From: Clostridia bacterium
Lineage (GTDB): Bacteria; Bacillota; Clostridia; UMGS1883
Length of the DNA stretch: 64,000 nt
Direction: 5' to 3'
Assembly (NCBI GenBank): GCA_045594665.1
Contig: JAZNYX010000053.1
Coordinates: 5,747 to 69,746 of the forward strand
Shown here: piece by piece, positions 15,667-28,970 of the stretch
Numbering within the stretch: the first letter of the stretch is position 1
Layout of the letters: each line of letters begins with the position of its first letter
The notes under the pieces: model-generated
What the model saw: the letters and a program-made list of their open reading frames with translations, nothing else
What the model was told of the DNA's origin: nothing
Databases searched by the model: none
Made by a program: the position numbers and the translations under genes

Positions 15667-18600
15667 ATGAAGCCTATTAAATTAGGAAAGAATGAAAGAA
15701 TGACCTTCGCTAAAATCGATGAAGTTCTGGAAATGCCAAACCTTATCGATATGCAAAAAAGCTCCTATGAGTGGTTTATTAAGGAAGGTCTTCGCGAGGT
15801 TTTCCGTGATGTAAGCCCCATTACGGATTACGCAGGAAATCTCATTTTGGAATTTACCGATTACAGAATTGACGAACAGCCCAAGTACTCTATTGAGGAA
15901 TGTAAGGAAAGGGATACTAACTACGCAGCGCCGCTGAGGGTACAGGTTCGCCTTATCAACCAGGAAACAGGCGAAATCAAAGAACAGGAAATCTTCATGG
16001 GTGATTTCCCCCTTATGACAGAGCAGGGTACCTTCATTATTAATGGTGCAGAGCGTGTTATCGTTACACAGCTTGTTCGTTCACCCGGTATTTACTATGA
16101 GCAGAAGTTTGACAAGGTTGGTAAGAAGCTTGTCAATGCTACAGTAATCCCCAATCGTGGTGCATGGCTTGAATATGAAACAGATCCCAACGATGTTTTC
16201 TCTGTTCGTATAGACAGAACACGTAAGCTCCCCGTTACGGTTCTTATCAAGGCTATGGGTCTTGAAACAGAACCTGCAATATTAGAGCTTTTCGGTGAGG
16301 ATGAAAGAATCCTTGCAACCTTTGCAAAGGATACTACAAAGAATCGTGAGGAAGCACTTTTTGAAATTTATCGTAAGCTCCGTCCCGGTGAGCCTCCCAC
16401 GATTGACAGTGCTACCACCCTTATCAACGGTCTGTTCTTTGATGCAAAGAGATACGACCTTGCTAAGGTAGGCAGATATAAGTATAATAAGAAGCTTGCT
16501 ATGGCAGCTCGTCTTGAAGGACAGATTGCAGGAAGCGATATTGTCGATGAAAAGACAGGCGAAATTATTGTAGCAGAGGGAAATCGTATTGATGCATCTG
16601 CCGCTCAGATGATTGAGGACAAGGGTATTAACCGTGTTCTTGTTTCACTTGAGGATAAAAAGGTTGTTGTATTCTCAAACAACATGGTAGACCCCGAAAG
16701 ATATGCAGGCATCAGCCTTTACGATATTACACACGAGAAGGTAAGAAAGAATATTCTTGACGAAATTCTCGAAGAAGCGGCAGGCGATGTTGATACAATA
16801 AAGAAGCTTGCAGAGGAACGCATTGATGAGCTTGTTCCCAAGCACATTATTGTTGATGATATGTTTGCTTCCATTAACTACTGCAGCAATATCTGTGACG
16901 GTATCGGTCAGGTTGATGATATCGACCATCTCGGAAACCGCCGTCTCCGCAGTGTGGGCGAGCTTTTGCAGAACCAGTTCCGCATTGGTATCTCCCGTAT
17001 GGAGCGTGGCGTTCGTGAGAGAATGAGTATTCAGGAGCTTGATATTGTTACTCCTCAGTCTCTTATCAATATCCGTCCCGTTGTTGCAACAATCAAGGAG
17101 TTCTTCGGTTCATCACAGCTTTCACAGTTCATGGATCAGAATAACCCCCTTGCAGAGCTTACTCATAAGAGAAGACTTTCAGCACTTGGCCCCGGCGGTC
17201 TTTCAAGAGAACGTGCTGGCTTCCAGGTTCGTGACGTTCACTATACCCACTACGGCAGAATGTGTCCCATTGAGACTCCTGAAGGACCCAACATCGGTCT
17301 TATCAGCTCACTTTCCACATATGCACGTATCAATGAATACGGATTCATTGAAGCTCCCTACCGTAAGGTTATTAAGGGCGAGGGTGTTGTAACCAATGAA
17401 ATTGAATATATGACAGCAGATATCGAGGATAAGTATGTCGTAGCACAGGCTAACGAGCCTATTGACGAAAACGGCAGATTCCTTGATAAAAAGGTTTCTG
17501 CACGTTACAGAGAGGAAATTCTCGAAGTTCCCGCAGAAAACATTGACTACATGGACGTTTCACCCAAGCAGGTTGTATCTGTTGCTACAGCAATGATTCC
17601 TTTCCTTGAAAATGACGATGCTAACCGTGCCCTCATGGGTTCTAACATGCAGCGTCAGGCAGTTCCGCTTCTTAAACCCGAGTCTCCCATTATCGGTACC
17701 GGTATGGAATACAAGGCGGCTAAGGATAGCGGTGTTGTTGTACTTGCAAAGGAAGACGGTATTATCGAAAAAGTAGGCGCCGACGAAATCGTAATCAAGG
17801 ACAAGGATGGGGTAAGACATAATTATCACCTCCTTAAGTTCCTTCGTTCAAACCAGGGTACCTGTATCAATCAGCGTCCCATTGTTGAAGAAGGGGAAGA
17901 GGTTACAAAGGGTACCATCATTGCAGACGGTCCCGCTACCGATAACGGTGAAATCGCACTGGGCAGAAATATGCTCATCGGTTTCATGACATGGGAAGGT
18001 TACAACTACGAGGATGCCGTGCTTCTTAACGAAAAGCTGGTACGTGATGATATTTACACTTCCATTCATATTGAAGAATACGAATCCGAATCCCGTGATA
18101 CCAAGCTGGGACCGGAAGAAATCACACGCGACATTCCCAATGTGGGTGATGACGCACTTAAAAACCTTGACGAAAGAGGTATTATCCGTGTAGGTGCAGA
18201 AGTACGCTCCGGTGATATCCTCGTTGGTAAGGTTACTCCCAAGGGTGAAACAGAGCTTACCCCCGAAGAAAGACTTCTCCGTGCAATTTTCGGTGAGAAA
18301 GCACGTGAAGTTCGTGATACATCTCTCAGAGTTCCTCACGGTGAGGCAGGTATTATTGTTGACGTTAAGGTATTTACCCGTGCCAACAATGATGAGCTTC
18401 CTCCGGGAGTAAATGAAATTGTAAGATGTTATATCGCACAGAAGAGAAAAATCAGCGTTGGTGACAAGATGGCAGGCCGTCACGGTAATAAGGGTGTCGT
18501 TTCCAGAATTCTTCCCACAGAAGATATGCCCTTCCTTCCTGATGGTACTCCCCTTGATATCGTTCTTAATCCTCTGGGCGTTCCTTCCCGAATGAACATC

Positions 18601-19422
18601 GGACAGGTACTTGAAGTTCACTTGGGTATGGCAGCAAAGAGCCTCGGCTTTAAGGTTGCTACACCGGTATTTGACGGTGCAAACGAAAAAGATATTATGA
18701 ATCTTCTTGAAGAGGCAGGTCTTCGCCGTGATGGTAAGACAGTTCTCTACGACGGAAGAACGGGTCAGCCCTTTGATAACCCCGTAACAGTTGGTTATAT
18801 GTACTTCTTAAAGCTGCATCACCTTGTTGATGATAAGATTCATGCAAGAAGTACAGGTCCCTACTCACTGGTTACTCAGCAGCCTCTGGGCGGTAAAGCA
18901 CTGTTCGGTGGACAGAGATTCGGTGAAATGGAAGTTTGGGCACTTGAAGCATATGGTGCGGCTTACCTTCTTCAGGAAATTCTTACTGTTAAGTCAGATG
19001 ATATTGTAGGCCGTGTAAAGACCTATGAATCAATCGTTAAGGGTGAGAATGTTCCTGCACCCGGTATTCCCGAATCATTTAAGGTTCTTATTAAAGAGCT
19101 TCAGTCTCTTGCACTTGATGTCAGCGTGCTTAACTCCGAGGGCAGTGTCGTTGAGCTTAAGAGCGACGATGATGACGAACCCAATATGGATGAATACCGT
19201 GACGAGCTTCTCACTACCGTAAATGACGGAATGGCTCCCGGTTACACCGAGGTAAATCCCGAAGATGAGATTTACGGAATTGTCGAGGGAAATTTCTCCG
19301 ACGATGAAGAAGACGAAGAAGATGAAGACATTATGGCAGATTTCGATGACGATGATGATTTCGACATGGAACCCACTGATGAAGAACTCATGGAAATCGA
19401 AAATCAGAATATAAAGGATTAA
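15667..19422 (+). CDS. rpoB: DNA-directed RNA polymerase subunit beta
   Basis: Full-length RpoB motifs throughout, for example [11 protein letters not shown] and NMQRQAVPL. Long acidic C-terminal tail. Confidence 0.98.
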   Translation: MKPIKLGKNERMTFAKIDEVLEMPNLIDMQKSSYEWFIKEGLREVFRDVSPITDYAGNLILEFTDYRIDEQPKYSIEECKERDTNYAAPLRVQVRLINQETGEIKEQEIFMGDFPLMTEQGTFIINGAERVIVTQLVRSPGIYYEQKFDKVGKKLVNATVIPNRGAWLEYETDPNDVFSVRIDRTRKLPVTVLIKAMGLETEPAILELFGEDERILATFAKDTTKNREEALFEIYRKLRPGEPPTIDSATTLINGLFFDAKRYDLAKVGRYKYNKKLAMAARLEGQIAGSDIVDEKTGEIIVAEGNRIDASAAQMIEDKGINRVLVSLEDKKVVVFSNNMVDPERYAGISLYDITHEKVRKNILDEILEEAAGDVDTIKKLAEERIDELVPKHIIVDDMFASINYCSNICDGIGQVDDIDHLGNRRLRSVGELLQNQFRIGISRMERGVRERMSIQELDIVTPQSLINIRPVVATIKEFFGSSQLSQFMDQNNPLAELTHKRRLSALGPGGLSRERAGFQVRDVHYTHYGRMCPIETPEGPNIGLISSLSTYARINEYGFIEAPYRKVIKGEGVVTNEIEYMTADIEDKYVVAQANEPIDENGRFLDKKVSARYREEILEVPAENIDYMDVSPKQVVSVATAMIPFLENDDANRALMGSNMQRQAVPLLKPESPIIGTGMEYKAAKDSGVVVLAKEDGIIEKVGADEIVIKDKDGVRHNYHLLKFLRSNQGTCINQRPIVEEGEEVTKGTIIADGPATDNGEIALGRNMLIGFMTWEGYNYEDAVLLNEKLVRDDIYTSIHIEEYESESRDTKLGPEEITRDIPNVGDDALKNLDERGIIRVGAEVRSGDILVGKVTPKGETELTPEERLLRAIFGEKAREVRDTSLRVPHGEAGIIVDVKVFTRANNDELPPGVNEIVRCYIAQKRKISVGDKMAGRHGNKGVVSRILPTEDMPFLPDGTPLDIVLNPLGVPSRMNIGQVLEVHLGMAAKSLGFKVATPVFDGANEKDIMNLLEEAGLRRDGKTVLYDGRTGQPFDNPVTVGYMYFLKLHHLVDDKIHARSTGPYSLVTQQPLGGKALFGGQRFGEMEVWALEAYGAAYLLQEILTVKSDDIVGRVKTYESIVKGENVPAPGIPESFKVLIKELQSLALDVSVLNSEGSVVELKSDDDDEPNMDEYRDELLTTVNDGMAPGYTEVNPEDEIYGIVEGNFSDDEEDEEDEDIMADFDDDDDFDMEPTDEELMEIENQNIKD

Positions 19423-19438
19423 GGGAGGGGTAGTAATT

Positions 19439-22400
19439 ATGGAATTTAATACTTTTGAAGCAATGCAAATAGGCCTCGCATCTCCCGAAAAAATCAGAGA
19501 GTGGTCTTATGGTGAGGTTAAAAAGCCTGAAACTATAAATTACCGTACCTTAAAGCCCGAACGTGACGGTCTTTTCTGTGAAAAGATTTTCGGACCGCAG
19601 AAGGACTGGGAATGTCACTGCGGAAAGTATAAGAGAATCAGATATAAGGGCATTGTATGTGACCGATGCGGAGTTGAAGTTACAAAGTCTAAGGTTCGCC
19701 GCGAGAGAATGGGTCATATTGAGCTTGCAGCTCCTGTTTCTCATATCTGGTATTTCAAGGGTATTCCCAGCAGAATGGGACTTCTCCTTGATATTTCTCC
19801 CCATATTCTTGAAAAGGTGCTGTATTTTGCACAGTATATCGTAATTGATCCCGGTAAGACAGAGCTTAATAAGAAAGATCCTCTTACCGAAAAGGAATAT
19901 ATGGCTTACTACGAAAAGTACGGCGACCGTTTCCGTGCAGGTATGGGTGCTGAAGCCATTAAAGAGCTTCTGGCTGAGGTTGATATTGATGCTCTCAGTG
20001 CAGAGCTTAAGGAGGAACTTCAGACTGCACAGGGACAAAAGAAGGTTAAGATTTCAAAGAGACTTGAGGTTGTTGAATCTTTCAGAAAGTCCAATAACCG
20101 TCCCGAATGGATGATTCTTGACTGCGTTCCCGTAATTCCTCCGGAAATCCGTCCCATGGTTCAGCTTGACGGCGGAAGATTTGCTACAAGTGACCTTAAC
20201 GACCTCTATAGAAGAGTTATTAACAGAAATAACCGTCTTAAGAGACTTCTTGAGCTTGGTGCTCCCAACATTATCGTAAGAAATGAAAAGAGAATGCTTC
20301 AGGAAGCTGTTGACGCACTTATCGACAACGGCAGACGCGGCAGACCCGTAACAGGTCCCGGAAACCGTGCTCTTAAATCTCTTTCCGATATGCTTAAGGG
20401 TAAGCAGGGTCGTTTCCGTCAGAATCTTTTGGGTAAGCGTGTTGACTATTCAGGACGAAGCGTTATCGTAGTTGGTCCCGCTCTTAAGATTTATCAGTGC
20501 GGTCTTCCCAAGGAAATGGCACTTGAGCTTTTCAAGCCCTTCGTTATGAAGAGACTTGTTGAAAACGGAAGTGCACACAACATCAAGAGTGCAAAGAGAA
20601 TGGTTGAAAGAGCACGCAATGAGGTTTGGGACGTGCTTGAAAGCGTAATTAAAGAGCATCCCGTTCTTCTTAACCGTGCACCAACGCTTCACAGACTTGG
20701 TATTCAGGCGTTTGAGCCTATTTTGGTAGAAGGCAGAGCAATCAGACTTCATCCCCTTGTATGTACAGCGTTCAACGCTGACTTCGACGGTGACCAGATG
20801 GCTGTTCACGTTCCCCTTTCTCCCGAAGCACAGGCAGAGGCAAGATTCCTTATGCTCAGTGCTAATAACCTCCTTAAACCTCAGGACGGCCGTCCTGTTA
20901 CCGTTCCCACACAGGATATGGTACTCGGTAGCTATTACCTTACCCTTGTTAAACCCAAGGAAGTAAAGATTACCGATGCAGGCGACAGTGACCTTGAGGC
21001 AGGAAAGGTATACAAATATTACGACGCAGTTCATGCTCAGAATATTGAGCTTGAAGCACAGGGCAAGAAGAAAATCGAATTTACCGAAGAAGGAGTGGGA
21101 ACATTCCCCGGAGAAATCGGTGAAGGAAAATATTTTGCAAGCATAAATGAAGCTATGATGGCTTATGATTGCGGCGATGTAGGACTTCACGCTCCCGTTA
21201 AGGTAAGAATTGAAAAGGAAATTGACGGTGTAATCGAAAGCAGAATCGTTGAGGTTACAGTTGGTAGACTTATATTTAATGAAGTTATTCCCCAGGACCT
21301 CGGATTCGTTGACAGGACAAATCCTGAAAACGCATTCCTGCCCGAAATTCAGTTCCTTGCAGACAAGAAATCTCTCGGTAAGATTGTTGACGCTTGTATC
21401 AAGGTGCACGGCACAACAAAGACTGCCGAAGTTCTTGACTCCATTAAAGAGCTTGGCTACAAATTCTCAACCCGCGGTGCTATCACCATCAGCGTAAGCG
21501 ACATGGAGATTCCCGGAAGTAAGGCAGAGCGTCTTATGGAAGCAGAGGAAGAAGTAGAAAAGATTACAAAGCTCTACAGAAAGGGTCTTATTACTGATGA
21601 CGAGCGTTACAGAAAGGTTATCGAAACCTGGCAGGGTGCTAACGACAGAATTACAAAGGCTCTTATGGATAATCTTGATAAATACAACCCCATCTACATG
21701 ATGGCAACATCAGGTGCCCGTGGTAGTATCAACCAGATAAGACAGCTTGCAGGTATGCGTGGTCTTATGGCTAATACCCAGGGACGTACAGTGGAAATTC
21801 CCATTCGTGCTTCTTTCCGTGAAGGTCTGAATATTCTTGAGTATTTCATTTCTACTCACGGTGCTCGTAAGGGTCTTGCCGATACGGCTCTTCGTACTGC
21901 CGACTCAGGTTACCTTACACGTCGTCTTGTTGACGTATCACAGGATGTTATTATCCGTGAGGTTGACTGTAAGACACACGACGGTATCAATGTTTCCGAA
22001 ATCGTAGAGGGTAAGGATGTTATCGAGCCTTTGGAAGAGCGTCTTATCGGCAGAGTAAACTGCGACGATATCGTTCATCCTGAAACAGGCGAGGTTATTG
22101 TTCCCGAAAACACCCTTATGAATAAGGAATTGGCAGACAAGGTTGTGGCAGCCGGTGTGAAAGAGGTTAAGATCAGAAGCGTTCTTAACTGTCATGCAAA
22201 GGTTGGCGTTTGTGCTCACTGCTATGGTGCGAACCTTGCAAGCCGCGGCGAGCTTGTTAATATCGGTGAAGCAGTTGGTATCATTGCGGCTCAGTCAATC
22301 GGTGAGCCCGGTACACAGCTTACCATGAGAACGTTCCATACCGGTGGTGTTGCCGGTGACGATATCACACAGGGTCTTCCCCGTGTCGAAGAGCTTTTCG

Positions 22401-23146
22401 AAGCAAGAAAGCCCAAGGGTCTTGCAATTGTAACAGACATCGCAGGTACTGTTACGGTTAATAAGACCAAGAGTAAGACCGAGGTAATGATTGCTGATTC
22501 CGAAGGTATGGCTCAGACTTACCTCATTCCTTACGGTTCAACTCTTAAGGTTAACGACGGTGATGTGGTAGAAGCAGGTGATGAACTTACAACAGGTTCA
22601 ATCAACCCCCACGACATTTTGAGAATAAAAAACCTTCGTGCTGTTCAGGAATACCTTGTTAAGGAAGTTCAGAAGGTTTACCGTCAGCAGGCCGTTGACA
22701 TTGCCGACAAGCACATCGAGGTTATTGTTCGTCAGATGATGCGTAAGGTTAAAATCGAGGAGAGTGGCGACAGTAATTATCTTGTTGGCGAAACAGAGGA
22801 CAGAATCAAGTTCGGTGAGCTTGTAGAGCAGTATAAGGCTGAAGGCAAGAATCCTCCCGTAGGCGAGGAACTTCTCCTTGGTATTACAAAGGCAGCTCTT
22901 GCAACAGATTCATTCCTTTCCGCAGCCTCATTCCAGGAAACAACAAGAGTGCTTACAGATGCGGCTATAAAGGGTAAGATTGATCCCCTTGTAGGTCTTA
23001 AGGAAAATGTTATCATCGGTAAGCTTATTCCTGCAGGTACAGGTGTTCCCATGTATCATGATGTAGAGGTGGAAACAGCCGGAAGCGACTATTCCGACAT
23101 TCTCGCCGATATGGTACAGAACATGAATGCATCGGGTATTAAATAA
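19439..23146 (+). CDS. rpoC: DNA-directed RNA polymerase subunit beta'
   Basis: Zn finger [20 protein letters not shown] and catalytic NADFDGDQM. Confidence 0.98.
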   Translation: MEFNTFEAMQIGLASPEKIREWSYGEVKKPETINYRTLKPERDGLFCEKIFGPQKDWECHCGKYKRIRYKGIVCDRCGVEVTKSKVRRERMGHIELAAPVSHIWYFKGIPSRMGLLLDISPHILEKVLYFAQYIVIDPGKTELNKKDPLTEKEYMAYYEKYGDRFRAGMGAEAIKELLAEVDIDALSAELKEELQTAQGQKKVKISKRLEVVESFRKSNNRPEWMILDCVPVIPPEIRPMVQLDGGRFATSDLNDLYRRVINRNNRLKRLLELGAPNIIVRNEKRMLQEAVDALIDNGRRGRPVTGPGNRALKSLSDMLKGKQGRFRQNLLGKRVDYSGRSVIVVGPALKIYQCGLPKEMALELFKPFVMKRLVENGSAHNIKSAKRMVERARNEVWDVLESVIKEHPVLLNRAPTLHRLGIQAFEPILVEGRAIRLHPLVCTAFNADFDGDQMAVHVPLSPEAQAEARFLMLSANNLLKPQDGRPVTVPTQDMVLGSYYLTLVKPKEVKITDAGDSDLEAGKVYKYYDAVHAQNIELEAQGKKKIEFTEEGVGTFPGEIGEGKYFASINEAMMAYDCGDVGLHAPVKVRIEKEIDGVIESRIVEVTVGRLIFNEVIPQDLGFVDRTNPENAFLPEIQFLADKKSLGKIVDACIKVHGTTKTAEVLDSIKELGYKFSTRGAITISVSDMEIPGSKAERLMEAEEEVEKITKLYRKGLITDDERYRKVIETWQGANDRITKALMDNLDKYNPIYMMATSGARGSINQIRQLAGMRGLMANTQGRTVEIPIRASFREGLNILEYFISTHGARKGLADTALRTADSGYLTRRLVDVSQDVIIREVDCKTHDGINVSEIVEGKDVIEPLEERLIGRVNCDDIVHPETGEVIVPENTLMNKELADKVVAAGVKEVKIRSVLNCHAKVGVCAHCYGANLASRGELVNIGEAVGIIAAQSIGEPGTQLTMRTFHTGGVAGDDITQGLPRVEELFEARKPKGLAIVTDIAGTVTVNKTKSKTEVMIADSEGMAQTYLIPYGSTLKVNDGDVVEAGDELTTGSINPHDILRIKNLRAVQEYLVKEVQKVYRQQAVDIADKHIEVIVRQMMRKVKIEESGDSNYLVGETEDRIKFGELVEQYKAEGKNPPVGEELLLGITKAALATDSFLSAASFQETTRVLTDAAIKGKIDPLVGLKENVIIGKLIPAGTGVPMYHDVEVETAGSDYSDILADMVQNMNASGIK

Positions 23147-23163
23147 TTAAGAGTAAAACGAAT

Positions 23164-23207
23164 AAAAAGGAAGAATCTTTGTTTTTTCAAAAGATTCTTC
23201 CTTTTTT
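23164..23207 (+). terminator. Intrinsic terminator after rpoC
   Basis: AAAAAGGAAGAATCTTT / AAAGATTCTTCCTTTTTT. Confidence 0.7.
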
Positions 23208-23229
23208 GCAGACTTGTTTAAAAAAATGC

Positions 23230-23258
23230 TTGACATTTCCTGTTTGCTTTGTTATAGT
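23230..23258 (+). promoter_or_regulatory. Sigma-A type promoter of the str operon
   Basis: TTGACA, 17 nt, TATAGT. Confidence 0.6.
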
Positions 23259-23338
23259 ATTATAGTGCTATAGGTGTGAAAGTGGGCTTTTGCCGTGTTT
23301 TCACAAATATTGCAAAAGATATTATTGGAGGTGAAATC

Positions 23339-23752
23339 ATGCCAACCTTTAATCAGCTTGTCAGAAAGGGCAGGGAAACATCTGTAACAAAGTCTACAGC
23401 TCCCGCACTTCAGAAGGGTCTTAACTCCCTCAAGAAGGCTCAGACTGATCAGAGCTCACCGCAGAAGAGAGGTGTTTGTACTAACGTAAAGACACAGACT
23501 CCTAAAAAGCCTAACTCAGCTCTTCGTAAGATTGCCAGAGTAAGACTTTCTAACGGTATCGAAGTAACAAGCTATATCCCCGGCGTAGGTCACAACCTGC
23601 AGGAGCATAGCGTTGTTCTTATCCGTGGCGGTAGAGTAAAGGATCTTCCCGGTGTTCGTTACCACATTATCCGCGGTACTCTTGATACTGCAGGTGTTAA
23701 CGGTAGACTCCAGAGTAGATCTAAGTACGGTGCAAAGAGACCGAAGAAGTAA
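23339..23752 (+). CDS. rpsL: 30S ribosomal protein S12
   Basis: [12 protein letters not shown] start, [18 protein letters not shown] motif. Track start 23276 rejected. Confidence 0.97.
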   Translation: MPTFNQLVRKGRETSVTKSTAPALQKGLNSLKKAQTDQSSPQKRGVCTNVKTQTPKKPNSALRKIARVRLSNGIEVTSYIPGVGHNLQEHSVVLIRGGRVKDLPGVRYHIIRGTLDTAGVNGRLQSRSKYGAKRPKK

Positions 23753-23883
23753 TTTTTCCGTGCGAGAAACGCACAAACAGTGTGACGTACGGATTTATAT
23801 ATATTTGTCGTTGCACTTACGGCGGCAGAGTGCCGCAGAGTACCTATGAATTCATTTAAAATTTTATGAAGGAGGGAAGAATA

Positions 23884-24354
23884 GTGCCAAGAAGAGGTTT
23901 TATTCCCAAAAGAGACGTATTACCGGATCCGGTATACAATGACAAGGTGGTAACTCGCCTTATCAATAATATCATGCTTGATGGTAAGAAGGGTACTGCA
24001 CAGAAGATTGTGTACGGTGCTTTCGAAATCATCCAGGAAAAGACAGGTAAAGAGCCTGTTGAAGTTTTCCGCGCAGCTATGGACAACATTATGCCCGTTC
24101 TTGAAGTTAAGGCAAGACGTGTCGGTGGTGCAACCTATCAGGTTCCCATGGAAGTTCGTCCCGAAAGAAGACAGACACTTGGTCTTCGTTGGCTTACAAC
24201 TTACTCAAGAGCAAGAAGCGAAAGAACTATGGCTGAAAGACTTGCAGGTGAAATCATGGATGCTACAAACAACCTTGGTTCAGCTGTAAAGAAGAGAGAA
24301 GATACTCACAAGATGGCAGAAGCTAACAAGGCATTTGCTCATTATCGTTGGTAA
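23884..24354 (+). CDS. rpsG: 30S ribosomal protein S7
   Basis: GTG start giving (M)PRRG, GGAGGG RBS, 156 aa. Confidence 0.95.
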   Translation: MPRRGFIPKRDVLPDPVYNDKVVTRLINNIMLDGKKGTAQKIVYGAFEIIQEKTGKEPVEVFRAAMDNIMPVLEVKARRVGGATYQVPMEVRPERRQTLGLRWLTTYSRARSERTMAERLAGEIMDATNNLGSAVKKREDTHKMAEANKAFAHYRW

Positions 24355-24396
24355 TCTTTCTGTTATTTGTTTTTTTAGTTTTATAAGGAGGATATT

Positions 24397-26478
24397 ATGG
24401 CTAGAGAATATTCACTGCAGAAAACCAGAAATATCGGTATCATGGCTCACATCGATGCCGGTAAAACTACAACAACAGAAAGAATACTTTTCTACACCGG
24501 TGTAAACTATAAGATCGGTGAAACTCATGACGGTAGCGCTACCATGGACTGGATGGAGCAGGAGCAGGAGAGAGGTATTACCATCACTTCCGCTGCTACA
24601 ACAGCTCATTGGAACGACCACAGAATCAACATCATCGATACACCCGGACACGTTGACTTCACCGTTGAAGTTGAGCGTTCTCTCCGTGTACTCGACGGCT
24701 CTGTTACAGTATTCTGTGCAAAGGGCGGCGTTGAGCCTCAGAGTGAAACTGTTTGGAGACAGGCAGATAAGTATAACGTACCCAGAATGGCTTATGTAAA
24801 TAAGATGGACATCCTTGGTGCGGATTTCTATAATGTTGTAAAAATGATGAAGGAACGTCTTCAGTGTAATGCCGTTCCGATTCAGCTTCCTATTGGTAAG
24901 GAAGACGATTTCAAAGGTCTTATTGACCTTGTTGAAATGAAAGCATATGTTTACTATGACAATCTTGGTAAGGATATCCGTGAGGAAGAAATTCCTGCAG
25001 ATATGCTTGCTGATGCCGAAAGCTACAGAGCTGAACTCGTAGAGCATGTTGCTGAAACAGATGAAGAGCTCATGATGAAATATCTTGAGGGTGAAGAGCT
25101 CACAATCGAAGAAATTAAGAAGGGTATCCGTACAGCTACAATCAATGTTACAATGATTCCCGTATGCTGCGGTACTTCTTACAGAAACAAGGGCGTTCAG
25201 AAGCTTCTTGACGCAGTTGTTGACTATATGCCCTCTCCTCTTGACATTCCTGCAATCAAGGGTATCAACCCCAAGACAGAGGAAGAAGAGGAAAGACCCG
25301 CAGACGATAACGGTCCGTTCAGTGCCCTTGCATTCAAGGTTATGACAGACCCCTTCGTTGGTAAGCTCTGCTTCTTCAGAGTTTACTCAGGTAAGATTGA
25401 AACAGGTTCTTACGTTCTTAACAGCTCCAGAGATTCTAAGGAAAGACTTGGTCGTATCCTTCAGATGCATGCAAACTCTCGTAAGGATATCGACATTGTT
25501 TACAGCGGTGATATCGCTGCTGCAGTAGGTCTTAAGAATACAGGTACAGGTGACACTCTTTGTGCCGACAACGCACCTATTATTCTTGAATCTATGGAAT
25601 TCCCGGAACCCGTTATCCGTGTTGCAATCGAGCCTAAGACAAAAGCAGGTCAGGAAAAGATGGGTATTGCTCTTGCAAAGCTTGCAGAAGAAGATCCCAC
25701 TTTCAACACATATACAGATGAAGAAACAGGTCAGACAATTATCGCAGGTATGGGTGAACTCCATCTTGAAATTATCGTTGACCGTCTTCTCCGCGAGTTC
25801 AAGGTTGAGGCTAACGTAGGTAAGCCTCAGGTATCTTATCGTGAAACAATCACAAAGACTGTTGACCAGGATCACAAGTACGCTCGTCAGAGTGGTGGTA
25901 AGGGTCAGTACGGTCATGTTAAGATTACTGTTGAACCCCTTGAACCCGGTGCAGGTTACGAATTCGTTAACAAGATTGTCGGCGGTGCTATTCCCAAGGA
26001 ATACATCCCCGCAGTTGATGCAGGTATTCAGGGTGCTATGCAGTCCGGTGTACTTGCAGGCTACAATGTAGTTGACGTTAGAGTAACACTTTATGATGGT
26101 TCTTACCACGAAGTTGACTCTTCTGAAATGGCGTTCAAGATTGCCGGTTCTATGGCATTCAAGGAAGCCTGCAGAAAGGCTAACCCCGTTCTTAAGGAAC
26201 CCATCATGCAGGTTGACGTTAGCGTTCCCGAAGAATACATGGGTGACGTAATCGGTGACCTTTCTTCACGCCGTGGTCAGATCCAGGGTATGGAAGCAAG
26301 AAACGGTGCACAGGCAATCGGTGCTTACGTTCCCCTTTCCGAAATGTTCGGTTATGCTACTGACCTTCGAAGTAATACCCAGGGTCGTGCAAGCTACTCC
26401 ATGAGCCCCTCTCACTATGAAGAGGTTCCCAAGAGCATTATGGACGAGATTATCTCTCTCAGAAATAAGGGAGAATAA
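24397..26478 (+). CDS. fusA: Elongation factor G
   Basis: [17 protein letters not shown], 693 aa. Confidence 0.98.
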   Translation: MAREYSLQKTRNIGIMAHIDAGKTTTTERILFYTGVNYKIGETHDGSATMDWMEQEQERGITITSAATTAHWNDHRINIIDTPGHVDFTVEVERSLRVLDGSVTVFCAKGGVEPQSETVWRQADKYNVPRMAYVNKMDILGADFYNVVKMMKERLQCNAVPIQLPIGKEDDFKGLIDLVEMKAYVYYDNLGKDIREEEIPADMLADAESYRAELVEHVAETDEELMMKYLEGEELTIEEIKKGIRTATINVTMIPVCCGTSYRNKGVQKLLDAVVDYMPSPLDIPAIKGINPKTEEEEERPADDNGPFSALAFKVMTDPFVGKLCFFRVYSGKIETGSYVLNSSRDSKERLGRILQMHANSRKDIDIVYSGDIAAAVGLKNTGTGDTLCADNAPIILESMEFPEPVIRVAIEPKTKAGQEKMGIALAKLAEEDPTFNTYTDEETGQTIIAGMGELHLEIIVDRLLREFKVEANVGKPQVSYRETITKTVDQDHKYARQSGGKGQYGHVKITVEPLEPGAGYEFVNKIVGGAIPKEYIPAVDAGIQGAMQSGVLAGYNVVDVRVTLYDGSYHEVDSSEMAFKIAGSMAFKEACRKANPVLKEPIMQVDVSVPEEYMGDVIGDLSSRRGQIQGMEARNGAQAIGAYVPLSEMFGYATDLRSNTQGRASYSMSPSHYEEVPKSIMDEIISLRNKGE

Positions 26479-26565
26479 GAAACTAGAAAAAACTAGTTGA
26501 TTTTCAATTAATTTTGTATTATAATTAATTACAAATAAATCCAATTAATAAAGGAGGAAATTACA

Positions 26566-27768
26566 ATGGCAAAGGCTACGTTTGAAAGAAATAAGCCCCA
26601 TGTAAACATTGGTACAATCGGTCACGTTGACCATGGTAAGACTTCTCTTACCGCAGCAATCACAAAGGTACTTGGTATGAAGGGTCAGGCTGACTTCACA
26701 GCTTACGATCAGATCGACAAGGCACCCGAAGAAAAAGCAAGAGGAATCACGATTTCTACTGCACACGTTGAGTATGAAACAGATACTCGTCACTACGCAC
26801 ACGTTGACTGCCCCGGACATGCTGACTACGTTAAGAACATGATCACAGGTGCAGCTCAGATGGACGGTGCTATCCTTGTTGTATCTGCAGCAGATGGTCC
26901 CATGCCTCAGACTCGTGAGCATATCCTTCTCAGCCGTCAGGTTGGCGTTCCCTATATCGTAGTATTCATGAATAAGAGAGACCAGGTTGACGATGACGAG
27001 CTTCTTGAACTCGTTGAAATGGAAATCCGTGATCTTCTTACAGAGTACGAATTCCCGGGAGATGACATCCCGATCGTTTGCGGTAGCGCACTTCAGGTTC
27101 TTGAGTCTACTTCTACAGACATCAATGCTCCCGAATATGCTCCTATCGTTGAGCTTATGAACAAAGTTGACGAGTACATTCCTACTCCTCAGCGTCCCAC
27201 AGATCTTCCCTTCCTTATGCCCGTCGAGGACGTATTCTCAATCACAGGTCGTGGTACAGTTGCTACAGGCCGTGTTGAAAGAGGTACACTTCTTGTTAAC
27301 GAAGAAGTTGAAATCGTTGGTCTTGCAGACGAGGCTCGTAAGGTTGTTGTAACAGGTATCGAAATGTTCAGAAAGCTTCTTCCTCAGGCTGAAGCTGGTG
27401 ACAACATCGGTGCACTTCTCCGTGGTGTTCAGAGAACTGAAATCGAAAGAGGACAGGTTCTTGCTAAGCCCGGCAGCATTCATCCTCATACAAAGTTCAA
27501 GGGCGAAGTTTACGTTCTTACTAAGGATGAAGGTGGCCGTCATACACCTTTCTTCAACAACTACCGTCCCCAGTTCTACTTCAGAACAACAGACGTTACA
27601 GGTGAAATCGCTCTTCCCGCAGGCACAGAAATGTGTATGCCTGGCGATAACGTAACAATCTCTGTTGCACTTCAGAAGGCTATCGCTATCGAAGAAGGTC
27701 TTCGTTTCGCTATCCGTGAAGGTGGTAGAACAGTAGGCAGCGGCGTTGTATCTGCAATCGAAGAATAA
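26566..27768 (+). CDS. tuf: Elongation factor Tu
   Basis: [20 protein letters not shown], 400 aa. Confidence 0.98.
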   Translation: MAKATFERNKPHVNIGTIGHVDHGKTSLTAAITKVLGMKGQADFTAYDQIDKAPEEKARGITISTAHVEYETDTRHYAHVDCPGHADYVKNMITGAAQMDGAILVVSAADGPMPQTREHILLSRQVGVPYIVVFMNKRDQVDDDELLELVEMEIRDLLTEYEFPGDDIPIVCGSALQVLESTSTDINAPEYAPIVELMNKVDEYIPTPQRPTDLPFLMPVEDVFSITGRGTVATGRVERGTLLVNEEVEIVGLADEARKVVVTGIEMFRKLLPQAEAGDNIGALLRGVQRTEIERGQVLAKPGSIHPHTKFKGEVYVLTKDEGGRHTPFFNNYRPQFYFRTTDVTGEIALPAGTEMCMPGDNVTISVALQKAIAIEEGLRFAIREGGRTVGSGVVSAIEE

Positions 27769-27788
27769 TCTATTGCATACGCATTAAT

Positions 27789-27819
27789 AAAAGAGTGAGC
27801 AGCTTTGCTCACTCTTTTT
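27789..27819 (+). terminator. Intrinsic terminator after tuf
   Basis: AAGAGTGAGC / GCTCACTCTT followed by TTTT. Confidence 0.75.
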
Positions 27820-27967
27820 GTATGCAGAAAAGTGCTTTTGGTTTACCTTGCTTAAGTTTGGACGTCTGTAATAAACAAGGATTTTGTCGTTTTTGGTTGC
27901 AAAATGTAATATTTTATGTTATAATTCTGTTAAATTAAGCCGTTATAAAAACACAAATGAGGTGGTT

Positions 27968-28948
27968 ATGGTGAACGATGTGAAAGGCACGTTGACTGTG
28001 GAGAAAGAGCAAAATACCCAATATGATGCGATACTGAGGGAGCAAAGAGCCTTAATAGCGGAAAAACGAAAAAGACGCCGTAGGAAGAAGCAACTTATAA
28101 ATATGATTACCATTTGTCTGATTCTTCTTTTTGCGTGCATATGGGCAATAGCGTTCATAAGCACCAAGGATAAAGGTGTTAGCAGCGAGGGTGGCGGCGA
28201 GAATTTCGGAAACACCATTATCCCCGATGATGCACTTGAAATCAATGAGCTAAGCCTCTATAGGGATATTTCCTATTACAAAGAGGATAACGAGGAACGC
28301 TATAATGCGTATGCAGAGCTTAACCCACAAATGGCAAAGGAAGATATTGTGTGGAGAGTCAACGCCTATCAGGACAAAGATAAATATGAATATGATGTAG
28401 AAGCTTCCGGATACGATGACCCCACTATAATAGTAAATAAATACTATAAGGTTCCCGAAGGGTACAAGCCTCCCGACCTTCAGCAGTTTGACGGGCAATA
28501 TCTGAGGAAAGATACAGGCGAGGCTTATAAAAAAATGCGTGATGATGCAAGACGTGCAGGGTACAGAATTCGCGTGGTGTCAGGCTACAGAAGCGTTGAA
28601 TACCAAAAAAATCTGTATAACAGATACCTTGCTACCGATACAAAGGAAAATGTAGACCGTTACAGTGCAAGACCGGGCTACAGTGAGCATCATACAGGCA
28701 TGGCAATGGATATTTTCGGCTCACGTGACGGACTTCGCGAATTTGAGAACACCCCCGAGTACGAATGGGTAAGAGATAATTGCTATAAGTACGGATTTAT
28801 AATAAGGTATCTTAAGGAAACGGAAGACATAACAGGCTACGAAGCTGAGCCCTGGCATCTTCGCTATGTGGGCGTAGAAGTCAGCACCGATATGAAAGAG
28901 AAGGGAATAAACAGCTTCGAGGAATACCATGCAAAATATTTAGGATAA
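27968..28948 (+). CDS. M15B (VanY-type) D-alanyl-D-alanine carboxypeptidase with N-terminal membrane anchor
   Basis: SGYRSVEYQ, SEHHTG and PWHLRYVG motifs. GAGGTGG RBS lies before ATG 27968. Confidence 0.8.
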   Translation: MVNDVKGTLTVEKEQNTQYDAILREQRALIAEKRKRRRRKKQLINMITICLILLFACIWAIAFISTKDKGVSSEGGGENFGNTIIPDDALEINELSLYRDISYYKEDNEERYNAYAELNPQMAKEDIVWRVNAYQDKDKYEYDVEASGYDDPTIIVNKYYKVPEGYKPPDLQQFDGQYLRKDTGEAYKKMRDDARRAGYRIRVVSGYRSVEYQKNLYNRYLATDTKENVDRYSARPGYSEHHTGMAMDIFGSRDGLREFENTPEYEWVRDNCYKYGFIIRYLKETEDITGYEAEPWHLRYVGVEVSTDMKEKGINSFEEYHAKYLG

Positions 28949-28970
28949 AATATTTTAGGAGATGAATAGT

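Noticed and set aside
17848-18621. Long antisense or alternate-frame ORFs inside highly expressed genes. Examples: 17848..18621 and 16675..16929 in rpoB, 20450..21409 in rpoC, 24412..25047 and 25387..26109 in fusA, 26545..26922 in tuf, 10948..11865 in metK, 38987..39544 in glmS, 36914..37585, 42167..42703, 47408..48016, 53242..53757.
   Set aside because: They lie fully within genes that have unmistakable conserved motifs on the other strand or frame. They have low-complexity or Cys/Phe/Leu-rich translations and no RBS. These are typical shadow ORFs produced by codon bias.
19140-19422. Very acidic ~95-aa C-terminal tail of RpoB (DDDDE..., [17 protein letters not shown]).
   Set aside because: Acidic C-terminal extensions of RpoB are common in Firmicutes. 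It is longer than in Bacillus but not clearly anomalous without comparison.
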